Source: Planctomycetota bacterium (lineage in GTDB: Bacteria; Planctomycetota; UBA1135; UBA2386). From it: a stretch of 64,000 nt of DNA. The notes under the pieces are model-generated. The model had not been told where the DNA came from and did no database searches. It was given only the letters and a program-made list of their open reading frames with translations. A program made the translations under genes and the position numbers. This document shows, piece by piece, positions 9,785 through 27,689 of the stretch (positions are counted from its first letter, which is position 1; each line of letters opens with the position of its first letter). The stretch spans positions 864,001 to 928,000 of the forward strand of contig OZ245006.1 in the NCBI GenBank assembly GCA_965223545.1, written 5' to 3'.

Positions 9785-11194
9785 ATGGACCGCACCACCA
9801 CCGCGCGCTTCGTCGACGACGTCTGGGAGCAGTCGATCGTTCCCAACCTGATCGACTACATCAAGATCCCCAACAAGTCGCCTCTGTTCGATCCGAAGTG
9901 GGCCGAGAACGGCCACATGGACAAGGCCGTCGAGCTGATCGGTGGTTGGTGCAAGGAGCAGCCGATCGAGGGCCTCGTCGTCGACGTCGTGCGGCTCGAG
10001 GGTCGCACGCCGCTGATCTACATGGAGGTGCCGGGCGAAGGCGACGACACCGTGCTGCTCTACGGGCATCTCGACAAGCAGCCGGAGATGGTCGGCTGGC
10101 ACGACGACCTCGGGCCGTGGAAGCCGGTGCGCAAGGGCGAGAAGCTGTACGGGCGAGGCGGGGCCGACGACGGCTACGCCGCGTTCGCCTCGCTGACCGC
10201 GCTGCGCGCGATGCAGGAGCAGGGCGTGCCGCACGCGCGCTGCGTGATCCTCATCGAAGGCTGCGAGGAGAGCGGCAGCTTCGATCTGCCCTACTACATC
10301 GACGCGCTCAGCGAGCGCATCGGCAGCCCCAGCCTGGTGGTGTGCCTCGACTCCGGCGCCGGCAACTACGACCAGCTTTGGTGCACGACGTCGCTGCGCG
10401 GCATCGTCGCCGGTGACCTCGTGGTGAAGATCCTCACCGAGGGCGTGCACTCCGGCGACGCCAGCGGGTTGGTGCCCTCGTCGTTCCGCATTCTTCGCCA
10501 GGTGCTCTCGAGGATCGAGAACGAGGGCACCGGACTGATCGTCGACGACTTCCACGTCGAGATCCCGGAGCAGCGGCTGGCGCAGGCGAAGGTGTGTGGC
10601 GAGGTGCTGGGGCCGTTCCTGCACGAGCGCTTCCCCTGGGTCGAAGGCGCCGGACCGACGAGCCGCGACCTCACCGAGTGCGTGCTCAACCGCACCTGGC
10701 GACCCGCGTTGTCGGTGACCGGTGCCGACGGGCTGCCCAGTCTCGACAACGCCGGCAACGTGCTGCGGCCGCAGACCGCGGTCAAGCTGTCGCTGCGGGT
10801 GCCGCCGACGATGGACGTCGCCGCCGCCAGCCACCGGCTCAACGAGATCCTCACCGCGGACCCGCCGTACGGCGCCACGGTCGAGTTCCACGGCGAACAG
10901 GGCGGTGCTGGTTGGAACGCGCCCGCGCTGGCGCCGTGGCTCGAGCAGGCCGCCGAGCGCGCCTCGCAGACCTTCTTCGACGCGCGCGCGGTGTACATGG
11001 GCGAGGGCGGTTCGATCCCGTTCATGGGCATGCTGGGCGAGAAGTTCCCCGAGGCCCAGTTCTTGATCACCGGCGTGCTCGGGCCGCAGTCCAACGCGCA
11101 CGGCCCCAACGAGTTCTTGCACATCGAATGCGGCAAGCGGCTCACCAGCTGCGTGGCGCAAGTGATCGAGGACCACCACCGCCGTGCGCGCTGA
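9785..11194 (+). CDS. M20-family metallopeptidase (dipeptidase-like)
   Basis: LLYGHLDKQP, YGRGGADDG, EGCEESGS, NAHGPNE motifs. Confidence 0.9.
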   Translation: MDRTTTARFVDDVWEQSIVPNLIDYIKIPNKSPLFDPKWAENGHMDKAVELIGGWCKEQPIEGLVVDVVRLEGRTPLIYMEVPGEGDDTVLLYGHLDKQPEMVGWHDDLGPWKPVRKGEKLYGRGGADDGYAAFASLTALRAMQEQGVPHARCVILIEGCEESGSFDLPYYIDALSERIGSPSLVVCLDSGAGNYDQLWCTTSLRGIVAGDLVVKILTEGVHSGDASGLVPSSFRILRQVLSRIENEGTGLIVDDFHVEIPEQRLAQAKVCGEVLGPFLHERFPWVEGAGPTSRDLTECVLNRTWRPALSVTGADGLPSLDNAGNVLRPQTAVKLSLRVPPTMDVAAASHRLNEILTADPPYGATVEFHGEQGGAGWNAPALAPWLEQAAERASQTFFDARAVYMGEGGSIPFMGMLGEKFPEAQFLITGVLGPQSNAHGPNEFLHIECGKRLTSCVAQVIEDHHRRAR

Positions 11195-12068
11195 GCGCGC
11201 ACGGCGGCGCGCACCCGTCGGGGTCTGGCTGACCGCCGCGGCCCTGGCCGGGCAGGGCGCCACGGTCGAGGAGCTGGTCGGCCAGGGCCAGGAAGCGTGC
11301 GCCCGACACGACTGGCAGACCGCCCTGACGGCACTGTCGCGGGCGCTGGCCATCGAGCCCGATCACCTGCAGGCGCTGCGCTTGACGGGCCACGCCCTCA
11401 CCGCCACCGGTCGCTACGAGGCCGCCCTCGAGGCCCTCGAGGCGGCCTACGCGCAAGAACCGGACGACGCCTGGAATTGCTATGCGCGCGCCATGGCGCT
11501 GCACCACCTCGGCGAGTTCGACCGGGCGGTGGCCGGCTACAGCAACGCCCTCGCCGCCGATCCGACGTTCCACAAAGCACACCAGTGGCGCGGCTACACG
11601 CTGAGCTTGTTGGGCGATGCGCTCGGCGCGCTGCGCGATCTCGACATCGCGCTCGGGGCCGATCCCGCCAACCGCGATCTCCGGGTGATCCGCGCCAAGG
11701 TGTACGTCGCCGTCGACGACCTGGAGCGGGCGGAGGCCGACCTGCGGCGCGCCGTCGAGCTCGATCCGGAGCACGCCCCGACCGTGGCCCAGCTGGGCTT
11801 CCTGCTCGTGTGCCGCGGCGAGGAGGCGGCCGGTGCGCACGTCTTGCGACGGGCGGTGCAACTCGACGCCGAGGGACAGCACGAGGCGCCGCTCTGGCTG
11901 GACATCCTCGCGGTGCGCCGGGGAGAGACCGGCGGGGCGTTCGAGCCTGGCGACAACCAGGGCGAGGCCTGGCTGCACGCCGCCGCCCTGGCCATGGCCG
12001 AGGGCGACGAGAGCGGCGCGCGGCTCGCGCTGGCCTCTTGTCTCGCCGCCGAGACCAAGGACCAATAC
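11184..12068 (+). pseudogene. 5' part (signal peptide + TPR repeats) of a TPR-SMP30/gluconolactonase fusion gene interrupted by an IS
   Basis: About 6 TPR repeats; the natural frame stops at the TSD GGACCAATAC (12059-12068) and resumes at 13324. Confidence 0.8.
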
Positions 12069-12069
12069 A

Positions 12070-12089
12070 GAACTGCAGCCCTTCCGTGG
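12070..12089 (+). repeat. IS left terminal inverted repeat
   Basis: Exact reverse complement of 13294-13313. Confidence 0.95.
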
Positions 12090-12219
12090 GCCTGGCTAGC
12101 TGAGAGACGCAGACCGAGACGTAACCGGAGCCCTCTTCCGAGTCACTGGAAGTGACGCAGGGCCAACTGCGCAACGGTGCCCTTTTGGTCCCCCCCGCGT
12201 TGTGTCCCGGAGGTCGCCG

Positions 12220-13272
12220 ATGTTCGTTCCCCCGCGTTGCCCCAACTCAGCTTGCCCACACAACCGCAGCCCGCGGCCCGGCTTCTTCGTATGCCGTGGC
12301 TACTACTACCCCAAGTGCCGCGCCCAAGGCGTGCCGCGCTTCCGCTGCCGCCATTGCCGGCAGGGCTTCTCGCGGCAGACGTTCCGCATGGATTACCGCG
12401 ACCACAAGCCCGACCGCAACGCCTGGATCGTCATGTTGCTCTGCTCTGGCCTCGGCCTGCGACAGACCGCACGCCTCGCCGGGCTCACGGCGCGCAACAC
12501 CGAGATGAAGTTCCGCAAGATCGGTCGTCACGTCCGCCGCCTAAACAACAACTTACGGGGTGACCTCCCGGTCGGCTCGAGCTTGCAGTTCGACGAACTC
12601 GAGAGCTACGAGGGCCGCCGCAACACGCGGCCCCTGACGCTGCCTGTCTTGATCGAGCGCGGGAGCCGCTTCATCCTCGCAGCGCGGTCGGCCCCGATCC
12701 GCCCCGGTGGCCCCAAACCGGCTGCGCGACGGCGAGCGATAGAGGCCGACGCGCGGCGGTTTGGCCGGCGGCCGTCGCGGTCGCGCGCGGCAACGCGCAA
12801 TGCGCTGTGCCGGGGCGCGCGCGCTTGCACTCGGTTGACCACCGTGTTGCTCGAAACGGACGAGAAAACGACCTACTCAGGACTCGCGAGGGGCATTTTC
12901 GGCGCGCGGCTCGAGCACCGGCGAACACCGAGCACGCTGCCGCGCGAGACCTGGAACCCGCTGTTCGCGATCAACCATACCGAGGCAATGGCGCGCGACC
13001 TCAACGGTCGTCTGCGGCGCGAGTCCTGGCTGGTCAGCAAGAAGCGCTGTTTCCTCAACCTGCAGCTGCACATCTACACCGCGTACCGCAACTTCACGCG
13101 ACCGCGCTTCAACTTCGACCGAGACACGCCGGCGATGCTGGTTGGCTGGCTCCCCCAGAAGTTGCGGCTGAACCAGGTGCTATCCTGGCGCCAGGACTGG
13201 GGCACGCGCAGCGGCCATCCGCTGGATCGAAACGCGAAACCGATCGAGAACTTCCTGAAGAGCGCTGCCTGA
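12220..13272 (+). CDS. Transposase (Zn-ribbon + HTH + RNase H-like DD[N] domain)
   Basis: CPNSAC...FRCRHC Zn ribbon; GLGLRQTARLAG HTH; FDELE, ETDE, AINHTEAMAR..RLRR..S; GGAGG RBS at 12209-12213. Confidence 0.85.
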   Translation: MFVPPRCPNSACPHNRSPRPGFFVCRGYYYPKCRAQGVPRFRCRHCRQGFSRQTFRMDYRDHKPDRNAWIVMLLCSGLGLRQTARLAGLTARNTEMKFRKIGRHVRRLNNNLRGDLPVGSSLQFDELESYEGRRNTRPLTLPVLIERGSRFILAARSAPIRPGGPKPAARRRAIEADARRFGRRPSRSRAATRNALCRGARACTRLTTVLLETDEKTTYSGLARGIFGARLEHRRTPSTLPRETWNPLFAINHTEAMARDLNGRLRRESWLVSKKRCFLNLQLHIYTAYRNFTRPRFNFDRDTPAMLVGWLPQKLRLNQVLSWRQDWGTRSGHPLDRNAKPIENFLKSAA

Positions 13273-13293
13273 GTTTCTTGCGGCCGTGCCGGA

Positions 13294-13313
13294 CCACGGA
13301 AGGGCTGCAGTTC
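13294..13313 (-). repeat. IS right terminal inverted repeat
   Basis: CCACGGAAGGGCTGCAGTTC followed by the TSD copy. Confidence 0.95.
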
Positions 13314-13323
13314 GGACCAATAC

Positions 13324-14194
13324 GAATACCTCTACGCGCGCTCTCTGCTGTCCGCGCTCGGCCCGGCGAGCGCCACTCCGTGGCTGCTGGCACCTGGCGG
13401 GCAGCCGGTGCGGATCGCCACCGGGCTGCGGTTCACCGAAGGACCGGTCTGGATCCCGTCACGCGACGAGCTCGTGTTCAGCGACATTCCCAGCCGGCGG
13501 CTGCTGCGCTGGCATCCACAGGCGGGCCTGTCGGAGCTGCGCGCCAGCGACGAGTCCAAACGGCAACGCCCTCGACGCGGACGGGCGACTCCTGACCTGC
13601 CAGCACGCCGCCCGCAACGTCGTGCGCACCGAAGCCGACGGCACGGTGACCGTGTTGGCCGAGACGCTCGACGGCCGCCGCTTCCACTCCCCCAACGACC
13701 TGGCGGTGCACGCCGACGGCTCGGTCTGGTTCACCGATCCCACCTACGGGTTGCACGGCGAAGAAGAGCTCCCGGTGCGCGGTGTCTACCGCTGGGATCC
13801 GGACAGCGGCACGGTCGCCGAACGGCTGGGCGGCTTCGCCCAGCCCAACGGCATCGCGTTCTCGCCGGACGGCCGCCGGCTCTGGGTGTCCGACTCGGCA
13901 CCGATCGGCGTCGTCCGCGGCTTCGATCTGGAGGGCACGGACATCCTGCACCTCGCCGTCGCCATCCCGGTGCGGAGCGACGGGATGGCGACCGATCAGC
14001 ACGGCAACCTGTACACCACGTGTCGCGACGGCGTGCGGGTGTTCAGCCCCGACGGAACCGCCCTGCTCCGCATCCCGGTACCCGAGGAGCCGAGCAACTG
14101 CTGCTTCGGCGGAGCCGCCGGCAGCACGCTGTTCATCACCGCGCGCACCTCGGTGTACGCGGTGGAGATGCGCGTGCGGGGCCGCGCCCGCTGA
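13324..14194 (+). pseudogene. 3' part of the interrupted gene: SMP-30/gluconolactonase domain with a +1 frameshift at 13558-13560
   Basis: FTEGPVW..LVFSDIP in one frame, then NGNALD..SPNDL..WFTDP..PNGIAFSPD..DGM..PSNCCFGG in the next frame. Confidence 0.85.
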
Positions 14195-14198
14195 GGCG

Positions 14199-18422
<4,224 letters not shown>

Positions 18423-18494
18423 CGGTTCCTAGATCCTTGTCTGAGTGCTCGTTGACGCACGCTGTTTAGAGACAGCCCCGCCGACAGGTCGCGC

Positions 18495-22205
<3,711 letters not shown>

Positions 22206-22389
22206 CCTGTGCACCTGCCTGCGGTCCCCTCCGCCGGCGGTGAGCGCCGGGTCGGAGGCGAAGATCGAGAGACGAGCCGAGAGCTGCAGGGTGCGCACTC
22301 ACGCGCGGCGCACCCCTACACCCTCAGGAGCCGACGCACCCCACCACCGGGCCGCGCCGCTCAGCAAAAACCGAACCAACCAAACGAAA

Positions 22390-22419
22390 ACAGTACAGCC
22401 CCGAACCCCCCCGTTGCAA
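22390..22419 (-). promoter_or_regulatory. Candidate sigma70 promoter upstream of rpoB
   Basis: TTGCAA-18 nt-TACTGT on the minus strand in the rplL-rpoB spacer. Confidence 0.4.
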
Positions 22420-22494
22420 ACCCCTTTCCAAGTTTTGGCGGGGCGGTTTTGGGAGGAGCGGAGCCGCGTGGCAGCGCAAGAGCGCCAAGCGAAG

Positions 22495-22893
22495 CTACTT
22501 GAGCTCGACCTCGGCGCCGGCGTCCTCGAGCTTCTTCTTGATCTCTTCGGCGTCGGCCTTCGAGACCCCTTCCTTGATCGGCTTCGGCGCCTCGTCGACG
22601 ACGGCCTTGGCCTCCTTGAGGCCCAGACCGGTCAGCTCGCGCACGACCTTGATCACCGGGATCTTCTGGCCACCCGCGCTCTTGAGGACCACGTCGAACT
22701 CGGTCTGCTCTTCGGCGGCCTCGGCGGCGGCCGGAGCGGCCATTGCGACCGCGGCGGGAGCCGCGGCAGACACGCCCCAGCGGTCCTCCATGGCCTTGAC
22801 CAGCTGCGAGGCCTTGCCGAGCGGCAAGGCGTCGAGCTTCTGGAAGATGTCCTCGAGATCGGGGTCGAGAGTGATGGCGGCTTCTTCAGACAT
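22495..22893 (-). CDS. rplL: 50S ribosomal protein L7/L12
   Basis: [38 protein letters not shown]. Confidence 0.98.
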   Translation of the reverse strand: MSEEAAITLDPDLEDIFQKLDALPLGKASQLVKAMEDRWGVSAAAPAAVAMAAPAAAEAAEEQTEFDVVLKSAGGQKIPVIKVVRELTGLGLKEAKAVVDEAPKPIKEGVSKADAEEIKKKLEDAGAEVELK

Positions 22894-22986
22894 GATTGCG
22901 TGCTCCAGCGGGAATTCGAGAGTTCGGGTGTGGTTGGCTTGTCGCGAGGCGCCCCGCGGCGCCGGTCCGGAGGCGGACCGACCCGG

Positions 22987-23517
22987 TCAGGCGTCCCCCT
23001 CCTTGTCGATGCGGGCCTGCAGCGCCCGGGCCAGGGAGGCCGGTCCGGCGCTCTGCACGCACGTCGCCAGCCCGCGCGCGACGCCGACGAGGGCGCCCGC
23101 GAGCTGCGCCCGCACCGTTTGCTTGTCGGGCATGTCGGCGATGTTCTTCGCCGCGTCGCCGGTGATCGCCTCGCCCTCGATCACCCCTCCGGTGACCACC
23201 ACGGGCGGCTGCTTGGCCTTGCCGAACGCCTCGCGGACGATCTTGGCGGCTCCGATCGCCCCCTCCTCGGGGGCGACGACGACGCCGCACTTGCCGCGAA
23301 AGGCCTCCGACAAATCGAGCTGCATGCCGCTGAACGCCTTGAGCGCCAGCCGGTTCTTGACCACGCGATAGTCGACGCCGGCCTCGCGGAACTTGTTGCG
23401 CAGGTCGGCGACCTGCTCCACGGTCAGACCGTCGAACGACAGGACCAGACAGGATCCGGCTCCTTCGAAGCTGCGCTTGAAGTCGTCGAGCAGGATTTCG
23501 TTGACGAGATTCGGCAT
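22987..23517 (-). CDS. rplJ: 50S ribosomal protein L10
   Basis: [20 protein letters not shown]; position between rplA and rplL. Confidence 0.95.
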   Translation of the reverse strand: MPNLVNEILLDDFKRSFEGAGSCLVLSFDGLTVEQVADLRNKFREAGVDYRVVKNRLALKAFSGMQLDLSEAFRGKCGVVVAPEEGAIGAAKIVREAFGKAKQPPVVVTGGVIEGEAITGDAAKNIADMPDKQTVRAQLAGALVGVARGLATCVQSAGPASLARALQARIDKEGDA

Positions 23518-23530
23518 CGCGGCAGCTCGC

Positions 23531-24217
23531 TCAGGAGACGTCGAGTTGGAGACCAGGTCCCATGGTCGTGCTGACCGAGACCTTGCGGATGAACGCGCCC
23601 TTGGCCTGTGGTGGCTTCATCGAGCGCAGGTGGTCGACGAACGCGTTGAGGTTGTCGACCAGATCGTCGGTAGCGAAGCTCTTGCGGCCGATCGCGGCAT
23701 GCACGTTGGCGCCGGCGTCGGTGCGGAACTCGATCTTGCCCGCCTTGAACTCGCGCACCGCGTCGCCGACGTTCGGCGTCACGGTGCCGGCCTTCGGCGA
23801 CGGCATCTTGCCCTGCGGGCCGAGCACGCGGCCCAGCTTGCCGACGAACTTCATCATGTCGGGGGCGGCGATCGTCATGTCGAAGTCGGTGAAGCCCTTC
23901 TCGATCTTCTCGGCGAGGTCCTTGCCACCGACGAAGTCGGCGCCGGCGGCCTCGGCCTCGGTCGCCTTGTCGCCCTCGGCAAACACCGCGATGCGCACCG
24001 ACTTGCCGGTGCCCTTCGGCAGGCTCACCGAACCGCGCACCAGCTGGTCGGTCTTCTTCGGATCGATGCCCAGCCGGACCGCGACTTCGACGGTCTCCTC
24101 GAACTTGACGCCGGGCAGGGACTTCAAGGCGTTGATCGCATCGGTCGGCGAGTAGCGCTGCGAGCGATCGACCTGCGCGCGGGCGCGCTGCATCCGGCGG
24201 CTGTGTCTGCGAACCAT
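23531..24217 (-). CDS. rplA: 50S ribosomal protein L1
   Basis: [27 protein letters not shown]. Confidence 0.98.
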   Translation of the reverse strand: MVRRHSRRMQRARAQVDRSQRYSPTDAINALKSLPGVKFEETVEVAVRLGIDPKKTDQLVRGSVSLPKGTGKSVRIAVFAEGDKATEAEAAGADFVGGKDLAEKIEKGFTDFDMTIAAPDMMKFVGKLGRVLGPQGKMPSPKAGTVTPNVGDAVREFKAGKIEFRTDAGANVHAAIGRKSFATDDLVDNLNAFVDHLRSMKPPQAKGAFIRKVSVSTTMGPGLQLDVS

Positions 24218-24227
24218 GTCGTTTCTC

Positions 24228-24650
24228 CTACACCACCTTGATGCCACAGGACCGCGCGGTCCCTTCGATGACCCGCATCGCCGCTTCGATGCTGGCCGAG
24301 TTGAGGTCCTCCATCTTCATCTCGGCGATCTCGCGCACCTGGTCGCGCGTCACCTCACCGGCGACCTGGCTGCCGGGGGTGTTGGCCGCCGATGCCAGGC
24401 CGGCCGCCTTCTTGAGCAGCACGGCCGCCGGCGGCGACTTCAGCACGAAGCTGAAGGTGCGGTCCTTGTAGGCGCTGATGACCACCGGGATGATCAGCCC
24501 CGGCTTGTCCTTGGTGCGGTCGTTGAACTCCTTGACGAACTGACCGATGTTCAGCCCGTGCTGGCCGAGCGCCGGGCCCACCGGCGGTGCCGGCGTGGCC
24601 TGACCACCCGGGCACTGGAGCTTGATCTGAGCGACGACTTCCTTGGCCAT
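24228..24650 (-). CDS. rplK: 50S ribosomal protein L11
   Basis: [23 protein letters not shown]. Confidence 0.98.
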   Translation of the reverse strand: MAKEVVAQIKLQCPGGQATPAPPVGPALGQHGLNIGQFVKEFNDRTKDKPGLIIPVVISAYKDRTFSFVLKSPPAAVLLKKAAGLASAANTPGSQVAGEVTRDQVREIAEMKMEDLNSASIEAAMRVIEGTARSCGIKVV

Positions 24651-24661
24651 TTGCGTTCCTC

Positions 24662-24702
24662 GTGGTTCGACCGGGGTCGCGCGCGGGGGCGACCCCTCCC
24701 AC
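24662..24702 (-). promoter_or_regulatory. Putative L1-binding autoregulatory RNA structure in the rplK leader
   Basis: GUGG-GAG-GGGUCGC...GCGACCC-..AA-CCAC directly before the rplK RBS, matching the L1 site architecture. Confidence 0.55.
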
Positions 24703-24838
24703 TCCGGTTGGCCGCGGTGGCCAGCTCCGGAAAACAGCGGCGCAGCATTGAATCGAGCGACGTGCGCCGGCGCAACGAGTTATCCGCGCTTTTCTGTCGA
24801 GAGGGGCGCGGGACGCCGCGCCCACCGCTCCAGCCGCG

Positions 24839-25372
24839 TCAGATCGACTCGACTTCCCAGTAGCCCAGCGAGACCGGCGTCGCGCGGCCGAAGATGGTCA
24901 CCGACACCTCGAGGGTGCCCTTCTCGGGGTGCACTTCCTCGACGACCCCGTCGATGTTCTCGAACGGGCCCTGCTTGATCTTGACCCGATCACCCTTGTT
25001 GTAGGTGACCGCCATCTTCGGCTTCTCCTGGCTGGCATCCATGCGGCCGAGGACGTTGTCGACCTCGTCGGGGCTCATCGGCGTCGGCTGGCTGCGCGAG
25101 CCGACGAAGTCGCCGAAACCCGGCGTCTCGCGGATCGCGAACCAGACGTCGTCGGTCAGCTCCATCTTCACCATCAGGTAGCCGGGGTAGAGCTTCTTCT
25201 TCTGGATGCGCCGCTTGCCACCGCGGTGGTCGGCCACCGTCTCGGTGGGCACCACCAGCTCGGGCACCAGCTCTTCCAGCCCGGCCTGCTTGATCCGCTT
25301 GATCATGCTCTCGCGGATGCGGTCCTCGCGGCCGACCTGAACGCGCAAGAAGTACCACTCCTGGGTCATCAT
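24839..25372 (-). CDS. nusG: Transcription termination/antitermination factor NusG
   Basis: [21 protein letters not shown] domain [19 protein letters not shown]. Confidence 0.97.
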   Translation of the reverse strand: MMTQEWYFLRVQVGREDRIRESMIKRIKQAGLEELVPELVVPTETVADHRGGKRRIQKKKLYPGYLMVKMELTDDVWFAIRETPGFGDFVGSRSQPTPMSPDEVDNVLGRMDASQEKPKMAVTYNKGDRVKIKQGPFENIDGVVEEVHPEKGTLEVSVTIFGRATPVSLGYWEVESI

Positions 25373-25803
25373 CCCCTCCCCATGATCTGCAGCATGACGA
25401 AGTGGATCGCCATGTCCGCGGTGGTGAGGTAGAGCAGCATGAAGGCGACGGTCACGACCACCGCTAGCGTGCCCTTCCAGGTGTCGGCGAACGTCGGCCA
25501 GGTGACCTTGCGCAGCTCGCCCTCGGTGTCGATCAGCAGATCGGCGACCTTGGGGGCCGCCAGCCAGCGGTAGAGCGCAAACCCGCCCACCGCCAGGACG
25601 CCGAGCGCGACCGCCATCGGCATGTCGAGGCGACCGAGAATGGGGAACGGGTCGACCCAGGCATCGGACTGCCGGACTCCCATCCACGAGCGCAGCGACT
25701 GCACCAGTCCGGCCTCGCGGATACAGCCGTACCCGAGGAGCAAGAACAGCGCCCAGAACGCCACCATGCGGGCGTATCGGCCCTGGTCTTTCTTGTATGC
25801 CAC
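25369..25803 (-). CDS. secE: Preprotein translocase subunit SecE (3-TM type)
   Basis: ELRKVTWPT motif; between tRNA-Trp and nusG. Confidence 0.93.
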   Translation of the reverse strand: MAYKKDQGRYARMVAFWALFLLLGYGCIREAGLVQSLRSWMGVRQSDAWVDPFPILGRLDMPMAVALGVLAVGGFALYRWLAAPKVADLLIDTEGELRKVTWPTFADTWKGTLAVVVTVAFMLLYLTTADMAIHFVMLQIMGRG

Positions 25804-25864
25804 GACGGTGCGATCGGTTGGGGTCGGGACGCGCGGTCGCGCGCGGCCAGGTCTAGCGAGAAGT

Positions 25865-25941
25865 TGGCAGGGCAGGAAGGACTCGAACCCTCAACCCCCT
25901 GATTTGGAATCAGGTGCTCTAGCCAATTGAGCTACTGCCCT
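25865..25941 (-). tRNA. tRNA-Trp(CCA)
   Basis: Cloverleaf; anticodon arm CCTGA-TTCCAAA-TCAGG; encoded CCA end. Confidence 0.97.
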
Positions 25942-25983
25942 TCGTGGACCACGGCGCGAACGCCGCGGCCCGGTCGGAATCTC

Positions 25984-27186
25984 TTACTCGAGGATCTCGG
26001 TGACCGCGCCAGCCCCCACCGTGCGACCACCCTCGCGGATGGCGAAGCGCTGGTTGGGGTCCATCGCGATCGGAGTGATCAGCTCGACTTCCACCTCGAC
26101 CGTGTCGCCCGGCATGCACATGTCCGCGGTGAGCAGGTTGGCGGTGCCGGTGACGTCGGTGGTGCGGAAGTAGAACTGCGGCCGGTAGCCCGAGAAGAAC
26201 GGCTTGTGGCGGCCACCCTCTTCCTTGTTGAGGGCGTACACCGTGGCCTTGAACTTGGTGTGCGGCGTGATGCTCTTCGGCGCCGCGAGCACCATGCCGC
26301 GCTCGAGCTCGGTCTTCTTGATGCCGCGCAGGAGCAGACCGGCGTTGTCGCCGGCCTGGCCCTCGTTCAGCGTCTTGTTGAACATCTCGACGCCGGTGCA
26401 GGTGGTCGCCCGGGTCTCCTTGATGCCGACGATCTCGACCGCGTCGCCGACCTTGATCTGACCGCGCTCGATGCGGCCGGTGCCGACCGTGCCGCGACCC
26501 TCGATCGAGAACACGTCCTCGATCGGCATCAGGAATGGCTTGTCGGTTTCGCGCACCGGCTCCGGGATGTGCTCGTCGATCGCCTCGAGCAGCTGGAAGA
26601 TGCACTCGCTGTCCGGGTTCTCCTTGCCCGGGTCCTTGGTGTGCAGCGCCTTGAACGAGGAGCCGCGGATCACCGGGACGTCGTCGCCGGGGAACTCGTA
26701 CTTGCTCAGCAGGTCGCGCACCTCCATCTCGACCAGGTCGAGCAGCTCGGGGTCGTCGACCTCGTCGATTTTGTTGAGGTAGACCACAATCGCCGGCACG
26801 TTCACCTGGCGGGCCAGGAGGATGTGCTCCTTGGTCTGCGGCATCGGACCGTCGTCGGCGGCGACCACCAGGATCGCACCGTCCATCTGCGCCGCGCCGG
26901 TGATCATGTTCTTGATGTAGTCGGCGTGGCCGGGGCAGTCGACGTGGGCGTAGTGCCGCTTCTCCGACTCGTACTCGACGTGCGCCGACGAGATCGTCAC
27001 CACGCGGGTCTCATCGCGCGCGGTGCCGCCCTTGGCGATGTCCGCGTAGGACTTGACCTTGGCCAGCCCGACGGCGGAAAGAGTGTGCAAGAGCGCCGCG
27101 GTCGTGGTCGTCTTGCCGTGGGCGACGTGCCCGATCGTGCCGACGTTGACGTGCGGCTTGGTACGCTCGAATTCTGCTTTGGCCAT
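25984..27186 (-). CDS. tuf: Elongation factor Tu
   Basis: [46 protein letters not shown]. Confidence 0.98.
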   Translation of the reverse strand: MAKAEFERTKPHVNVGTIGHVAHGKTTTTAALLHTLSAVGLAKVKSYADIAKGGTARDETRVVTISSAHVEYESEKRHYAHVDCPGHADYIKNMITGAAQMDGAILVVAADDGPMPQTKEHILLARQVNVPAIVVYLNKIDEVDDPELLDLVEMEVRDLLSKYEFPGDDVPVIRGSSFKALHTKDPGKENPDSECIFQLLEAIDEHIPEPVRETDKPFLMPIEDVFSIEGRGTVGTGRIERGQIKVGDAVEIVGIKETRATTCTGVEMFNKTLNEGQAGDNAGLLLRGIKKTELERGMVLAAPKSITPHTKFKATVYALNKEEGGRHKPFFSGYRPQFYFRTTDVTGTANLLTADMCMPGDTVEVEVELITPIAMDPNQRFAIREGGRTVGAGAVTEILE

Positions 27187-27300
27187 TTCTTCTCGAGACC
27201 AGGTTGTGTGTCGAGGAGTTCGATGAGGCGGACGCGCACGCCGGCGCCCCGCGACGGAAAGTGGGGTCGGCACCTCGCCGCGGGGACGAGGCACCGGAGG

Positions 27301-27375
27301 TGGAGCTGCTAATGGGACTTGAACCCATGACCTCCTCCTTACCAAGGAGGTGCTCTACCACTGAGCTATAGCAGC
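27301..27375 (-). tRNA. tRNA-Thr(GGT)
   Basis: Cloverleaf; anticodon arm CCTCC-TTGGTAA-GGAGG; CCA end. Confidence 0.97.
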
Positions 27376-27401
27376 GAACCGAAAACTGAGAAAAGAACAA
27401 C

Positions 27402-27475
<74 letters not shown>

Positions 27476-27517
27476 CGACGGATGCGCATCGACGGCGGGA
27501 TCGTGTTGAGAATGGGT

Positions 27518-27603
27518 TGGTGGGCAGAGCAGGATTCGAACCTGCGAAGGTGAAAACCACCAGATTTACAGTCTGGCCCCGTTGGCCGCTTGGGTATCTG
27601 CCC
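27518..27603 (-). tRNA. tRNA-Tyr(GTA)
   Basis: Cloverleaf with long variable arm; anticodon arm CCAGA-CTGTAAA-TCTGG; CCA end. Confidence 0.97.
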
Positions 27604-27689
27604 TCCCGAGTCCAGAGCCGCTCGACCACCGTCGACCGCCTTCCACCGATGCACGAGCTGTCGATCTCCGGCAGCGCCGTCCACGCGAG

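Larger units (their letters stand above)
12069..13313 (+). mobile_element. Insertion sequence, 1245 bp, IS1/IS1595-like
   Basis: Perfect 20-bp TIRs GAACTGCAGCCCTTCCGTGG (12070-12089 and 13294-13313); direct repeat GGACCAATAC at 12059-12068 and 13314-13323; single transposase ORF. Confidence 0.95.

Noticed and set aside
13551..13566. Programmed frameshift in the lactonase domain
   Set aside because: No slippery heptamer, and the gene is already IS-disrupted; mutation or sequencing error is simpler
27187..27345. 53-aa N-terminal extension of EF-Tu in the ORF track
   Set aside because: Runs into tRNA-Thr(GGT); the true start is MAKAEF at 27186
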